Positions 13,501 through 28,600 are shown, numbered from the stretch's first letter. The stretch: DNA of 64,000 nucleotides from Eledone cirrhosa (GCA_964016885.1 OZ024762.1:12648001-12712000), one strand, 5' to 3'. Translations and numbers: made by a program. Notes: a model not told the origin generated them from the letters alone.

Positions 13501-14200
13501 GTCACAATGTTGCCCAACGTGACCATTTAGGTCGCCTGCAATAATTATATAGTCACTGTCAGATATTTGGAAGGTAGTGAGCATCAGTGTCTCATAGAAT
13601 CTGTCTTTTATAGTGCCGGGCAGTCCGGATTGGGGTGCGTACGCAGATATTACTGTCACCGTAGTTCTATTGAGGACAAGTCGTATTTTAATTATTCTGT
13701 CGTTCACTCTATTTACGTCTATTATCTTATCTGCCCACTTTTCTGCTACCATGATTCCTACTCCACCCAGCCCATCGTCGTTTCCCACCCAGAAAAGCTT
13801 ATAACATCGTTTTTTACCCTCAATGAATCTAGCAGACCCACCCCTCCACCTGGTCTCTTGAATACAACAAACATCGACCTCCTTACGTTCAAGCATTTCT
13901 ACAACCTCGTTAGCGCGACCCTTTAGGGTGCCTACATTTATGGTACCAACTCTGAAGTTTTGGATTGCGTTTGGAGGGTGGGGGCGGGGGGAGATGGGGT
14001 TATGTTAGCCATCCGCGGGCGAAACAAAGAGGAGTGCTCGCATTCTCGTCCACGAGGTGAATTTGACTTTAACTTTGGCATTTTTGCTCTGAGCGTCCAG
14101 ATTTTTCTCTCCCTTCCACTCTCCAGGATTCCGCAGTCCGTCCATCCATCCATCCATCCATCCATCATATATCGAAGGCAACCGTGCAAGCGATAGTATA
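10561..14200 (-). mobile_element. Near full-length RTE-clade LINE (APE-RT-PHD-like finger), frameshifted
   Basis: ORFs 11599-13896 and 10913-11503: GTINVGTL, CIQETRW, AYAPQ, GDLNGHVG, FVDLEKAFDRV, GVHQGSVLSPLLF, YADD; CxxC..CxxC..HxxC..CxxC finger; (GAT)n tail at 10561-10578; frameshift near 11607. Confidence 0.92.
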
Positions 14201-14665
14201 GGCCTCTGGCTTATGATTGGTCCGCGTAATAATAATAATGGTGATGCGTGTGTGTGGGGGGGGGGGGGTCTCTGGCTTATAATAATAATGGTGATGCGTG
14301 TGGGGGGGGTCTCTGGCTTATGATTGGTCCACGTATTAAGAATGGTGGTGTGTGGGGGCGGGTGGGAGGGGTGTGGGGTAGCTAGCTGGAAGGTTATGAA
14401 TGTTTAACAGCGAGTAACAAAAAGCAAAACTGCAAGATTTGTTCTGTTCAATACGACAAAAACACCGTATTTAAACCTTAATAAATAACAAAAAATACAG
14501 ATTTCGGATTTTGCGAGATTGGATGTTTGGACTATGTACGAAATTGTGGTGTGTGGAGTAGATAGAAAAATGTGAATGTTACGATTACATGGTTACACTG
14601 TAGTAGGGATAGTTGAGGCAGCAATTGTTTGGCGAAAGTGAATAAACATGAACGGGAATTTATCT

Positions 14666-14700
<35 letters not shown>

Positions 14701-14877
14701 AGCTAAGAGAGAGAGAGAGAGAGTGGGAAGGGGGAGAGAGAGAGAGAGAGAGAAAGTGGCTGACCGCAACCCCTCGTGAAGAAGATGGTGGGTGAAGGGT
14801 GTATGAGCGGGATTTTTGACTTTCGAGGTAGCATGATATATATATTTAAAGTAAATTATAAGAAGTAGAATGGGAAG

Positions 14878-14915
<38 letters not shown>

Positions 14916-15108
14916 CATATATATATATACATACATATATATATATATACATACATATATATATATACATATATATATACATACATATATATATATACAT
15001 ATATATATACATACATATATATATACATATATATATATATACATACATATATATATACATATATATATATATATGTATGTATATATATATAAGAAACGGC
15101 TTGAGCTC

Positions 15109-16548
15109 AACAGTCCCCACTCTATCACAACAGTCCCCTACTATCCCAACAGTCCCCACTCTATACCAACAGTCCCCTACTATCCCAACAGTCCCCACTC
15201 TATCCCAACAGTCCCCTACTATCCCAACAGTCCCCACTCTATCCCAACAGTCCCTTACTATCACAACAGTCCCCACTCTATCACAACAGTCCCCACTCTA
15301 TCCCAACAGTCCCCACTCTATCCCAACAGTCCCCACTCTATCCCAACAGTCCCCACTCTATCCCAACAGTCCCCACTCTATACCAACAGTCCCCACTCTA
15401 TCCCAACAGTCCCCACTCTATCCCAACAGTCCCCACTCTATCCCAACAGTCCCCACTCTATCCCAACAGTCCCCACTCTATACCAACAGTCCCCTACTAT
15501 CCCAACAGTCCCCACTCTATCCCAACAGTCCCCTACTATCCCAACAGTCCCCACTCTATCCCAACAGTCCCTTACTATCACAACAGTCCCCACTCTATCC
15601 CAACAATCCCCACTCTATCCCAACAGTCCCCACTCTATACCAACAGTCCCCACTCTATCCCAACAGTCCCCACTCTATCCCAACAGTCCCCACTCTATAC
15701 CAACAGTCCCCACTCTATACCAACAGTCCCCACTCTATCCCAACAGTCCCCACTCTATTCCAACAGTCCCCTACTATCCCAACAGTCCCCACTCTATCCC
15801 AACAGTCCCCTATCCCAACAGTCCCCACTCTATCCCAACAGTCCCCTACTATCCCAACAGTCCCTACTATCCCAACAGTCCCCACTCTATCCCAACAGTC
15901 CCCACTCTATCCCAACAGTCCCCACTCTATCCCAACAGTTCCCACTTTATCCCAACAGTCCCCACTCTATACCAACAGTCCCCACTCTATCCCAACAGTC
16001 CCCACTCAATCCCAACAGTCCCCACTCAATCCCAACAATCCCCACTCTATCCCAACAGTCCCCACTCTATCCCAACAGTTCCCACTTTATCCCAACAGTC
16101 CCCACTCTATCCCAACAATCCCCACTCTATCCCAACAGTCCCCACTCAATCCCAACAGTCCCCACTCAATCCCAACAATCCCCACTCTATCCCAACAGTC
16201 CCCTATCCCAACAGTCCCCACTCTATCCCAACAATCCCCACTCTATACCAACAGTCCCTTACTATCCCAACAGTCCCCTACTATCCCAACAATCCCCACT
16301 CTATACCAACAGTTCCCTACTATCCCAACAGTCCCCTATCCCAACAGTCCCCAGTCTATACCAACAGTCCCCTACTATCCCAACAATCCCCACTCTATCC
16401 CAACAGTCTCCTACTATCCCAACAGTCCCCAGTCTATCCCAACAGGCCCCTACTATCCCAACAGTCCCCAGTCTATACCAACAGGCCCCTACTATCCCAA
16501 CAATCCCCACTCTATCCCAACAGTCCCCACTCTATCCCAACAATCCCC
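15109..16548 (+). repeat. ~20-bp minisatellite (CCCAACAGTCCCCACTCTAT)n; mirrored at ~25467-26468
   Basis: Direct inspection. Confidence 0.95.
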
Positions 16549-17647
16549 CCACACACACACAAGAGCATGTCTGTGTGTGAGGTATGTGTGACTGGGTGTA
16601 TGTGTGTGTGAGAGGAGAGAATACATACCAATGCAAAAACACACAAACATAAATACAGCCCCACACACACACAGATAAAAGTGTAGACAGGCCAAGAAAA
16701 GACCTGAGGTGGTGAGAAGTGGTGGTGGTGGTGTAGTGGTGGTGGTGGTGTTGTGGTGCTGATGACAAGATGGACTCATCCAACCCACACCAGTATGAAA
16801 GAAAAAGGTGGTGGTATGGTGGTGGTGGTGTTGGTGTTGGTAGTGGTGGTGGTAGTAGTGGTGGTGGTAGTTGTGGTGGTGGTGGCGGTGTGGTAGTGGT
16901 GGTGGTGGTAATGGTGTGGTGGTGGTGTGGTGGTTGTGTAGTGGTGGTGTAGTGGTGGTGGCGGTGTGTTGGTGGCGGTCATGGCGTGGTGGTGGTGGTG
17001 TTGTGGTGGTGTAGTGGTGGTTGTGGTGGTGGTGGTAATGGCGTGGTGGTGGTGGTATAGTGGTGGTGGTGGTGGTGTGGTGTAGTTGGGGTGGTGGTGG
17101 TGGTGTGGTGATGTAGTGGTGGTTGTGGTGGTGTGATGATGTAGTGGTGGTTGTGGTGATGGTAGTGGTGATGGTGGTGGTGATAGTGGTGGTGATGATG
17201 TACAAACAAATCTGTGGGAAATTTGGAAACTAAAAATATTTATTCTGTTGGAAAACCCACCATTTAACTAAAAAAAAATGTTAGCTGTTTGATTTTTTTC
17301 GAGTGACCATATGATTATCATGTTTGGTATCTGAGTTTTTAAATAAAAATAGGGATCAATAACTTCCCTGATATAGAAAGGCTACTGCGAAACCCCTACA
17401 CCAACCCTACTGTATCTAATTTCCTGAAGGCAGCACTAGAAGATAAACCTGACCTAACAGAAGATATAATTTTCAACATATGACTCTGTCAAAGAGATGC
17501 ATAGGATTACATGTAAAAGAGAAACAGCACTCGCTCATCGCATATTTCCAAGAACCTCTTCAATACACACTCTTCCACTGATATTATCATTTCTAAACCA
17601 CTTTATTTTCACAGAAAATATCTAAAAAATATATTATTTAACTCTTT

Positions 17648-18720
17648 AACATTTACATTACTCTATATATACTATTGTATTTTCACAGTAAAGGCTTTAC
17701 CTCATATAACATTTATATTACTCTATATATACTATTGTATTTTCACAGTAAAGGCTTTACCTCACATAATACCTCATATAACATTTACATTACTCTATAT
17801 ATACTATTGTATTTTCACAGTAAAGGCTTTACCTCATATAACATTTATATTACTCTATATATACTATTGTATTTTCACAGTAAAGGCTTTACCTCACATA
17901 ATACCTCATATAACATTTACATTACTCTATATATACTATTGTATTTTCACAGTAAAGGCTTTACCTCATATAACATTTATATTACTCTATATATACTATT
18001 GTATTTTCACAGTAAAGGCTTTACCTCACATAATACCTCACATAACATTTACATTACTCTATATATACTATTGTATTTTCACAGTAAAGGCTTTACCTCA
18101 TATAACATTTATATTACTCTATATATACTATTGTATTTTCACAGTAAAGGCTTTACCTCACATAATACCTCATATAACATTTACATTACTCTATATATAC
18201 TATTATATTTTCACAGTAAAGGCTTTATCTCACATAATATCTCGCATAACATTTACATTACTCTATATATACTATTGTATTTTCACAGTAAAGGCTTTAT
18301 CTCACATAATATCTCACATAACATTTACATTACTCTATATATACTATTGTATTTTCACAGTAAAGGCTTTATCTCACATAATATCTCACATAACATTTAC
18401 ATTACTCTATATATACTATTGTATTTTCACAGTAAAGGCTTTATCTCACATAATATCTCACATAACATTTACATTACTCTATATATACTATTGTATTTTC
18501 ACAGTAAAGGCTTTACCTCACATAATATCTCACATTACTCTATATATACTATTGTATTTTCACAGTAAAGGCTTTACCTCACATAACATTTACATTACTC
18601 TATATATACTATTGTATTTTCACAGTAAAGGCTTTACCTCACATAATATCTCACAACATTTACATTACTCTATATATACTATTATATTTTCACAGTAATG
18701 GCTTTACCTCACATAATATC
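17648..18720 (+). repeat. 60/71-bp minisatellite (..TTTTCACAGTAAAGGCTTTACCTCACATAA..)
   Basis: Tandem units visible; same family at 21996-24270(-), 28602-28870(+), 43456-43956(-). Confidence 0.95.
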
Positions 18721-19509
18721 TCTTGTGAACCCAAGATCTGCATTGTGTACATTTTATAGAATTTATACCAGTTCCTTTTCTTCATATCGAACATGGCCAT
18801 TTCCCTGGCAGAATCAGAGTTTTGTCCTCTTTTCTACTTATCTACACTTTTGTCTTAGCTAAGATCACTCTCAGTCTTCTTGCTTCCAACTGCTGTTTCC
18901 ATAGCCAGAATTTATTCTCTAGCTCCTCTACTGATTCTGCTATAAGTACCAGATCGTCAGCATAGAGAAGTTCCCATGGGCAGCCAGTCTTAAACTCCTC
19001 TGTTATGGCTTGGAGTACTATAATGAATAAGAGCGGGCTGAGGACCGAACCTTGATGTACTCCTACTTGTATCTGGAATTCCTCACTGAACTCCATTCCT
19101 ACTCTCACTTTACTGACAGCACCTCTGTACATAGATTGCAATGTCCTCACAAGCCATTCTTCTAAACCTAGTTTCCTTAGGGATCACCAGATGAAAATTA
19201 TACATACACACACATAAAAATAGTAATACAGGCATATATACATTCATATTTACATCCACACAAGGCATATATATATACACAGATACAAAAATATACAAGT
19301 ACGTTCACACACACACATAGTAATACACTCATTCACACACATAGTAATACACTCACTCACACACATACACATAGTAATACACTCATACACACACAGTAAT
19401 ACACTCATCCACAAAGTAATACTCATTCACACAGTAATACACTCACACACAGTAATACACACACACACAGTAATACACACACACACAGTCATACATATGT
19501 ATGTATGTA

Positions 19510-19903
19510 TAGCCTTTGTCAAGGCAGAATTCTAGGAGAAGGACAACTCTGATATAACACCTGCAACTCTGATGGTATCCAATGATGTTGACTTGTTCTT
19601 CTTTTTGGTAAATATCATCTTGGTTAAGAGAGTGGGACTGGCTTTGTGCAGTGCCTTTGCTCACTATAAAAGCTTCACGGCACAGGCATTGCTTTATATC
19701 TGGAGATCTCTCTGCACTTGTCGTCACATGGTACCATGGGCCCAGCACTATGTGTCAATAATTGTCACAAGTGTAGTGTTTGTACCAGAGTTTTCAAGTC
19801 GCTGGCTGGACTAAAAAGTCACACTCGTTCAGCGCATTGGCAGGGGTTCTCCTACATGGATATAAAGTAGTGGCCGTACTCGAAAACGAGTTGGCAGCCA
19901 CCA
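19510..19903 (+). mobile_element. Copy 3 of the non-autonomous RTE-type repeat, in the spacer of the inverted duplication
   Basis: Matches 3408-3802. Confidence 0.7.
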
Positions 19904-21049
19904 TATATATATTATGCTGATACCACAAAGCATCCACTCCACACTTTAAGTGGACGTGTAAAAGACACGGCAAAAAGTTCCCAGTTCACACTGTCAATGT
20001 GGTTGGTGTTAGGAAGGGCATCCAGCGTAGAAAACCAGCCAGAAACTGTCCTATATGAGCGAGACACGGTCACCTGAACCAACTTGCTTCTAAATGGAAC
20101 TAACCCGTCTGACCCATGCTAGCGCGGAAGATAGACGTTAATCGATGATGATGATGATGATGATGTCTGTATGGTTGTAATAAAATGATGTACGTGTTGT
20201 AGGAGTGCAAAATTGACATAACAGCGTTTCTTAGGCATCTAAAACCTGGCGGAGCCCCTCCCCCCCCTCCTGACCTGAATACAACAGATATCTTCTAGAG
20301 AAGGATAGAGAGATAGAGAGAAGGATAGAGAGATAGAGAGAGAGAGCTATAGAAGAGTTAGTGATAGTCAGCCACGTGTGAAAGAAGTTCACCTTCTGTG
20401 AATCTGAAACAATTTTGGGGTTTTCCACAATATTTAGCAGGGAATTTCCAGCAGACATGTGTGTAGGTGTGTGTTTGTGTATTACTGTGTGTAGGTGTGT
20501 GTGTGTGTGTAGGTGTGTGTTTGTGTATTACTGTGTGTAGGTGTGTGTGTAGGTGTGTGTGTGTGTGTAGGTGTGTGTTTGTGTATTACTGTGTGTAGGT
20601 GTGTGTGTGTATTACTGTGTGTAGGTGTGTGTTTGTGTATTACTGTGTGTAGGTGTGTGTTTGTGTATTACTGTGTGTAGGTGTGTGTGTGTATTACTGT
20701 GTGTGTATTACTGTGTGTAGGTGTGTGTGTGTATTACTGTGTGTGTAGGTGTGTGTTTGTGTATTACTGTGTGTAGGTAGGTGTGTGTGTGTGTAGGTGT
20801 GTGTTTGTGTATTACTGTGTGTAGGTGTGTGTGTGTATTACTGTGTGTGTAGGTGTGTGTGTGTGTAGGTGTGTGTTTGTGTATTATTGTGTGTGAGTGT
20901 ATTACTGTGTGTGTGTGTATTACTGTGTGTGAGTGTATTACTGTGTGTGAGTGTATTACTGTGTGTGAGTGTATTACTGTGTGCGTGTGTATTACTGTGT
21001 GAGTGTATTACTGTGTGTGAGTGTATTACTGTGTGTGTATTACTGTGTG

Positions 21050-24000
21050 TGTATTACTGTGTGTGAGTGTATTACTGTGTGTGTATTACTGTGTGTGAGT
21101 GTATTACTGTGTGTGTATTACTGTGTGTGTGTGTATTACTGTGTGTGAGTGTATTACTGTGTGTGTATTACTGTGTGTGAGTGTATTACTGTGTGTGTAT
21201 TACTGTGTGTGAGTGTATTATTGTGTGTGTGTATTACTGTGTGTGAGCGTATTACTGTGTGAATGAGTATTACTTTGTGGATGAGTGTATTACTGTGTGT
21301 GGATGAGTGTATTACTATGTGTATGTGTGTGAGTGAGTGAGTGTATTACTATGTGTGTGAATGAGTGTATTACTATGTGTGTGAATGAGTGTATTACTAT
21401 GTGTGTGTGTGAACGTACTTGTATATTTTTGTATCTGTGTATATATATATGCCTTGTGTGGATATAAATATGAATGTATATATGCCTGTATTACTATTTT
21501 TATGTGTGTGTATGTATAATTTTCATCTGGTGATCCCTAAGGAAACTAGGTTTAGAAGAATGGCTTGTGAGGACATTGCAATCTATGTACAGAGGTGCTG
21601 TCAGTAAAGTGAGAGTAGGAATGGAGTTCAGTGAGGAATTCCAGATACAAGTAGGAGTACATCAAGGTTCGGTCCTCAGCCCGCTCTTATTCATTATAGT
21701 ACTCCAAGCCATAACAGAGGAGTTTAAGACTGGCTGCCCATGGGAACTTCTCTATGCTGACGATCTGGTACTTATAGCAGAATCAGTAGAGGAGCTAGAG
21801 AATAAATTCTGGCTATGGAAACAGCAGTTGGAAGCAAGAAGACTGAGAGTGATCTTAGCTAAGACAAAAGTGTAGATAAGTAGAAAAGAGGACAAAACTC
21901 TGATTCTGCCAGGGAAATGGCCATGTTCGATATGAAGAAAAGGAACTGGTATAAATTCTATAAAATGTACACAATGCAGATCTTGGGTTCACAAGAGATA
22001 TTATGTGAGGTAAAGCCATTACTGTGAAAATATAATAGTATATATAGAGTAATGTAAATGTTGTGAGATATTATGTGAGGTAAAGCCTTTACTGTGAAAA
22101 TACAATAGTATATATAGAGTAATGTAAATGTTATGTGAGGTAAAGCCTTTACTGTGAAAATACAATAGTATATATAGAGTAATGTGAGATATTATGTGAG
22201 GTAAAGCCTTTACTGTGAAAATACAATAGTATATATAGAGTAATATAAATGTTATGTGAGATATTATGTGAGGTAAAGTCTTTACTGTGAAAATACAATA
22301 GTATATATAGAGTAATATAAATGTTATGTGAGATATTATGTGAGGTAAAGCCTTTACTGTGAAAATACAATAGTATATATAGAGTAATGTAAATGTTATG
22401 TGAGATATTATGTGAGGTAAAGTCTTTACTGTGAAAATACAATAGTATATATAGAGTAATGTAAATGTTATGTGAGATATTATGTGAGGTAAAGCCTTTA
22501 CTGTGAAAATACAATAGTATATATAGAGTAATATAAATGTTATGTGAGATATTATGTGAGGTAAAGTCTTTACTGTGAAAATACAATAGTATATATAGAG
22601 TAATGTAAATGTTATGTGAGATATTATGTGAGGTAAAGCCTTTACTGTGAAAATACAATAGTATATATAGAGTAATATAAATGTTATGTGAGATATTATG
22701 TGAGGTAAAGTCTTTACTGTGAAAATACAATAGTATATATAGAGTAATGTAAATGTTATGTGAGATATTATGTGAGGTAAAGCCTTTACTGTGAAAATAC
22801 AATAGTATATATAGAGTAATATAAATGTTATGTGAGATATTATGTGAGGTAAAGTCTTTACTGTGAAAATACAATAGTATATATAGAGTAATGTAAATGT
22901 TATGTGAGATATTATGTGAGGTAAAGCCTTTACTGTGAAAATACAATAGTATATATAGAGTAATGTAAATGTTATGTGAGATATTATGTGAGGTAAAGTC
23001 TTTACTGTGAAAATACAATAGTATATATAGAGTAATATAAATGTTATGTGAGATATTATGTGAGGTAAAGTCTTTACTGTGAAAATACAATAGTATATAT
23101 AGAGTAATGTAAATGTTATGTGAGATATTATGTGAGGTAAAGTCTTTACTGTGAAAATACAATAGTATATATAGAGTAATGTAAATGTTATGTGAGATAT
23201 TATGTGAGATAAAGCCTTTACTGTGAAAATACAATAGTATATATAGAGTAATGTAAATGTTATGTGAGATATTATGTGAGGTAAAGCCTTTACTGTGAAA
23301 ATACAATAGTATATATAGAGTAATATAAATGTTATGTGAGATATTATGTGAGGTAAAGTCTTTACTGTGAAAATACAATAGTATATATAGAGTAATGTAA
23401 ATGTTATGTGAGATATTATGTGAAGTAAAGCCTTTACTGTGAAAATATAATAGTATATATAGAGTAATGTAAATGTTATGTGAGGTAAAGCCTTTACTGT
23501 GAAAATATAATAGTATATATAGAGTAATGTAAATGTTATGTGAGGTAAAGCCTTTACTGTGAAAATACAATAGTATAAATAGAGTAATGTAAATGTTATG
23601 TGAGGTATTATGTGAAGTAAAGCCTTTACTGTGAAAATATAATAGTATATATAGAGTAATGTGAGATATTATGTGAGGTAAAGCCTTTACTGTGAAAATA
23701 CAATAGTATATATAGAGTAATGTAAATGTTATGTGAGATATTATGTGAGGTAAAGCCTTTACTGTGAAAATACAATAGTATATATAGAGTAATATAAATG
23801 TTATGTGAGATATTATGTGAGGTAAAGACTTTACTGTGAAAATACAATAGTATATATAGAGTAATGTAAATGTTATGTGAGGTATTATGTGAGGTAAAGC
23901 CTTTACTGTGAAAATATAATAGTATATATAGAGTAATGTAAATGTTATATGAGGTAAAGCCTTTACTGTGAAAATATAATAGTATAAATAGAGTAATGTA

Positions 24001-26487
24001 AATGTTATGTGAGGTATTATGTGAGGTAAAGCCTTTACTGTGAAAATATAATAGTATATATAGAGTAATGTAAATGTTATGTGAGGTATTATGTGAGGTA
24101 AAGCCTTTACTGTGAAAATATAATAGTATATATAGAGTAATGTAAATGTTATGTGAGGTAAAGCCTTTACTGTGAAAATATAATAGTATATATAGAGTAA
24201 TGTAAATGTTATATGAGGTAAAGCCTTTACTGTGAAAATACAATAGTATATATAGAGTAATGTAAATGTTAAAGAGTTAAATAATATATTTTTTAGATAT
24301 TTTTTGTGAAAATAAAGTGGTTTAGAAATGATAATATCAGTGGAAGAGTGTGTATTGAAGAGGTTCTTGGAAATATGCGATGAGCGAGTGCTGTTTCTCT
24401 TTTACATGTAATCCTATGCATCTCTTTGACAGAGTCATATGTTGAAAATTATATCTTCTGTTAGGTCAGGTTTATCTTCTAGTGCTGCCTTCAGGAAATT
24501 AGATACAGTAGGGTTGGTGTAGGGGTTTCGCAGTAGCCTTTCTATATCAGGGAAGTTATTGATCCCTATTTTTATTTAAAAACTCAGATACCAAACATGA
24601 TAATCATATGGTCACTCAAAAAAAATCAAACAGCTAACATTTTTTTTTAGTTAAATGGTGGATTTTCCAACAGAATAAATATTTTTAGTTTCCAAATTTC
24701 CCACAGATTTGTTTGTACATCATCACCACCACTATCACCACCACTATCACCACCACCATCACCACCATCACCACTACCATCACCACAACCACCACTACAT
24801 CACCACACCACCACAACCACCACTATATCACCACACCACCACTACACCACCACCACCACCACCACCACCACACCACCACCACCACCACTATACCACCACC
24901 ACCAACACCACCACCAACACCACCACCACGCCATTACCACCACCACCACAACCACCACTACACCACCACAACACCACCACCACGCCATTACCGCCACCAA
25001 CACACCGCCACCACCAACACCACTACCACCACTACCACCACTACACCACCAACACCACAACCACCACTACACAACCACCACACCACCACCACACCATTAC
25101 CACCACCACCACTACCACACCGCCACCACCACCACAACTACCACCACCACCACTACCACCACCACTACCAACACCAACACCACCACCACCACCATACCAC
25201 CACCTTTTTCTTTCATACTGGTGTGGGTTGGATGAGTCCATCTTGTCATCAGCACCACAACACCACCACCACCACTACACCACCACCACCACTTCTCACC
25301 ACCTCAGGTCTTTTCTTGGCCTGTCTACACTTTTATCTGTGTGTGTGTGGGGCTGTATTTATGTTTGTGTGTTTTTGCATTGGTATGTATTCTCTCCTCT
25401 CACACACACATACACCCAGTCACACATACCTCACACACAGACATGCTCTTGTGTGTGTGGGGGGGGGATTGTTGGGATAGAGTGGGGACTGTTGGGATAG
25501 TAGGGGCCTGTTGGTATAGAGTGGGGATTGTTGGGATAGTAGGGGACTGTTAGTACAGAGTGGGGATTGTTGGGATAGTAGGGGCCTGTTGGGATAGACT
25601 GGGGACTGTTGGGATAGTAGGGGACTGTTGGTATAGAGTGGGGATTGTTGGGATAGTAGGGGACTGTTGGTATAGACTGGGGACTGTTGGGATAGGGGAC
25701 TGTTGGGATAGAGTGGGGACTGTTGGGATAGGGGACTGTTGGGATAGGGGACTGTTGGGATAGTAGGGGACTGTTGGTATAGAGTGGGGATTGTTGGGAT
25801 AGAGTGGGGACTGTTGGGATAGAGTGGGGACTGTTGGGCTAGAGTGGGGATTGTTGGGATAGTAGGGGACTGTTGGTATAGACTGGGGACTGTTGGGATA
25901 GTAGGGGCCTGTTGGGATAGACTGGGGACTGTTGGGATACTAGGGGACTGTTGGTATAGAGTGGGGATTGTTGGGATAGTAGGGGACTGTTGGTATAGAC
26001 TGGGGACTGTTGGGATAGACTGGGGACTGTTGGGATAGTAGGGGCCTGTTGGGATAGACTGGGGACTGTTGGGATAGTAGGGTACTGTTGGTATAGAGTG
26101 GGGACTGTTGGGATAGAGTGGGGACTGTTGGTATAGACTGGGGACTGTTGGGATAGTAGGGGCCTGTTGGGATAGACTGGGGACTGTTGGGATAGTAGGG
26201 GACTGTTGGTATAGAGTGGGGACTGTTGGGATAGAGTGGGGACTGTTGGTATAGACTGGGGACTGTTGGGATAGTAGGGGACTGTTGGTATAGACTGGGG
26301 ACTGTTGGGATAGGGGACTGTTGGGATAGGGGACTGTTGGGATAGGGGACTGTTGGGATAGAGTGGGGACTGTTGGGATAGGGGACTGTTGGGATAGAGT
26401 GGGGACTGTTGGGATAGTAGGGGACTGTTGGTATAGAGTGGGGACTGTTGGGATAGAGTGGGGACTGTGGAGCTCAAGCCGTTTCTT
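21050..26487. repeat. Right arm of large inverted duplication
   Basis: Ends gagctcaagccgtttctt; mirror ORFs 18842-19150(-) and 21567-21875(+) are identical 102-aa RTE fragments. Confidence 0.9.
21996..24270 (-). repeat. 71-bp minisatellite, longer mirror copy
   Basis: Tandem actgtgaaaatacaatagtatatatagagtaatgtaaatgttatgtgagatattatgtgaggtaaagccttt. Confidence 0.95.
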
Positions 26488-26503
26488 ATATATATATACA
26501 TAC

Positions 26504-26549
<46 letters not shown>

Positions 26550-26785
26550 ATATGTATGTATATATGTATGTATATATGTATGTATGTATATATGTATGTA
26601 TATATGTATGTATATATATATGTATATATATATGTATATATGTATATATATATATGTATGTATATATATATGTATATATGTATATATATATATATATGTA
26701 TATATGTATATATATATATGTATGTATATATATATGTATGTATGTATATATATATGTATGTATGTATATATATATGTATGTATGT

Positions 26786-26857
<72 letters not shown>

Positions 26858-26872
26858 GTATATATATGTATG

Positions 26873-26910
<38 letters not shown>

Positions 26911-26916
26911 TGTATG

Positions 26917-26969
<53 letters not shown>

Positions 26970-27267
26970 GTACGTATATATATATATATATATATTGAAA
27001 TGCGCATAATAAAATACATGGAACTCCTTTAACCATCTTTTGATCTTATATTATATATATATATATGCATATATATATATATATATATACATATATATAA
27101 ATATATGTATATATATATATATATATGTATATATATACATATATATACACACATAAATATACACACACACATTGAACTATCCTTTGCCCTTATATTGGTG
27201 TATTAACTCATCTAAACTATATATATATATTTATATATATATATATTTATATATATATATATATATA

Positions 27268-27929
27268 GGCATAGGTGAAGTTTAACGTCCTCGAAAATGA
27301 GACTAGGTTTTCTGACAAGTGAATGTGTTTTTTTTTTTTTATAATGAAATTTACGATACACTCTTTGTTTATTTACAACAGGTCTCTATAGTGATATGGT
27401 GTTAATTAGTATTGCGTGTGTGATTATTTTCTCTTATATATATATGTGTGGGTGTGTATATGTGTGTATATATATGTGTGTCTGTATGTATATATATATG
27501 TGTGTTTGTATATATATATGTGTTTGTGTCATCATCATCGTTTAGATGTTTTTGTAATATCTTGCCAAAGTTGGCACCAACTATAAACAAATTAAGGCCG
27601 GGTCATAAGAAGGACAGAGAATGATAAGGGATTTGGGTAAAAACATGTAAACGATGATGATGACACAAACACATATATATATACAAACACACATATATAT
27701 ATACATACAGACACACATATATATATACACACATATACACACCCACACATATATATATATAAGAGAAAATAATCACACACGCAATACTAATTAACACCAT
27801 ATCACTATAGAGACCTGTTGTAAATAAACAAAGAGTGTAGCGTAAATTTCATTGTAAAAAAAAAAAAAACACATTCACTTGTCAGAAAACCTAGTCTCAT
27901 TTTCGAGAACGTTAAACTTAACCTATGCC
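27268..27929. repeat. Fold-back element, ~285-bp arms, ~90-bp loop, flanked by (TA)n
   Basis: ggcataggtgaagtttaacgtcctcgaaaatgagactagg... vs ...cctagtctcattttcgagaacgttaaacttaacctatgcc. Confidence 0.9.
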
Positions 27930-27935
27930 ATATAT

Positions 27936-28040
<105 letters not shown>

Positions 28041-28223
28041 CCTTCTATGTAGACTACATGTATGATGGAAGGAAGATAGCAGCTAGCAGAAAAGTTTGTA
28101 AATTGATGTCTCTTTTCCTGGAATTCTACTTGCAGAAATTTCACCAGAAAAATCATTTACGCTATTCCTATATTTGTGTGTGTGTGTCTGTGTGTTTGTG
28201 AGTCTGTGAGTTTGTCATATATA

Positions 28224-28600
28224 TCATCATCATCACCGTTTTACGTCTGTTCTTCCATGCTAGCATGGGTTAGACGGGTTGTCCTATTGTCGGCAGTGTT
28301 AGGTCAGCTGACCTTGTCTTGCTCATACGGGAACTGATTCTGGCTTGATTTCTACAGCTGGATGCCCTTCCTTACACCAACCTCATTTACAGTGAGTGCT
28401 GGGTGCTTTTTTTCCATGGTGCCGACACGACCACTTTACAGTGTGGACTGGGTGCTTTTTTTGTCGTGACACCTCCACAACCACCTTGCAGTTGGAGGGT
28501 GTGGGGGTATATTGTCTATATGCTTCAGCTTCGGCTTGTTCCTGTGGGAAGTTGGGTCTTCCGTATTACGGTGTAACACCCAGAGGTCACGGTCTTGTGT
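28224..28600 (-). mobile_element. RTE LINE 3' UTR fragment
   Basis: Reverse complement of the 60820-61178 type tail; (GAT)n end. Confidence 0.7.

Larger units (their letters stand above)
15089..19490. repeat. Left arm of large inverted duplication
   Basis: Starts aagaaacggcttgagctc; same order of blocks (20-bp satellite, GGT tract, unique AT block, 71-bp satellite, RTE fragment, CA tract) is reverse-complemented at ~21050-26487. Confidence 0.9.

Noticed and set aside
14870-24243. Long ORFs with PTVPTLSQQ and YFHSKGFTSHN repeats
   Set aside because: Products of the 20-bp and 60/71-bp minisatellites; no splice or homology support
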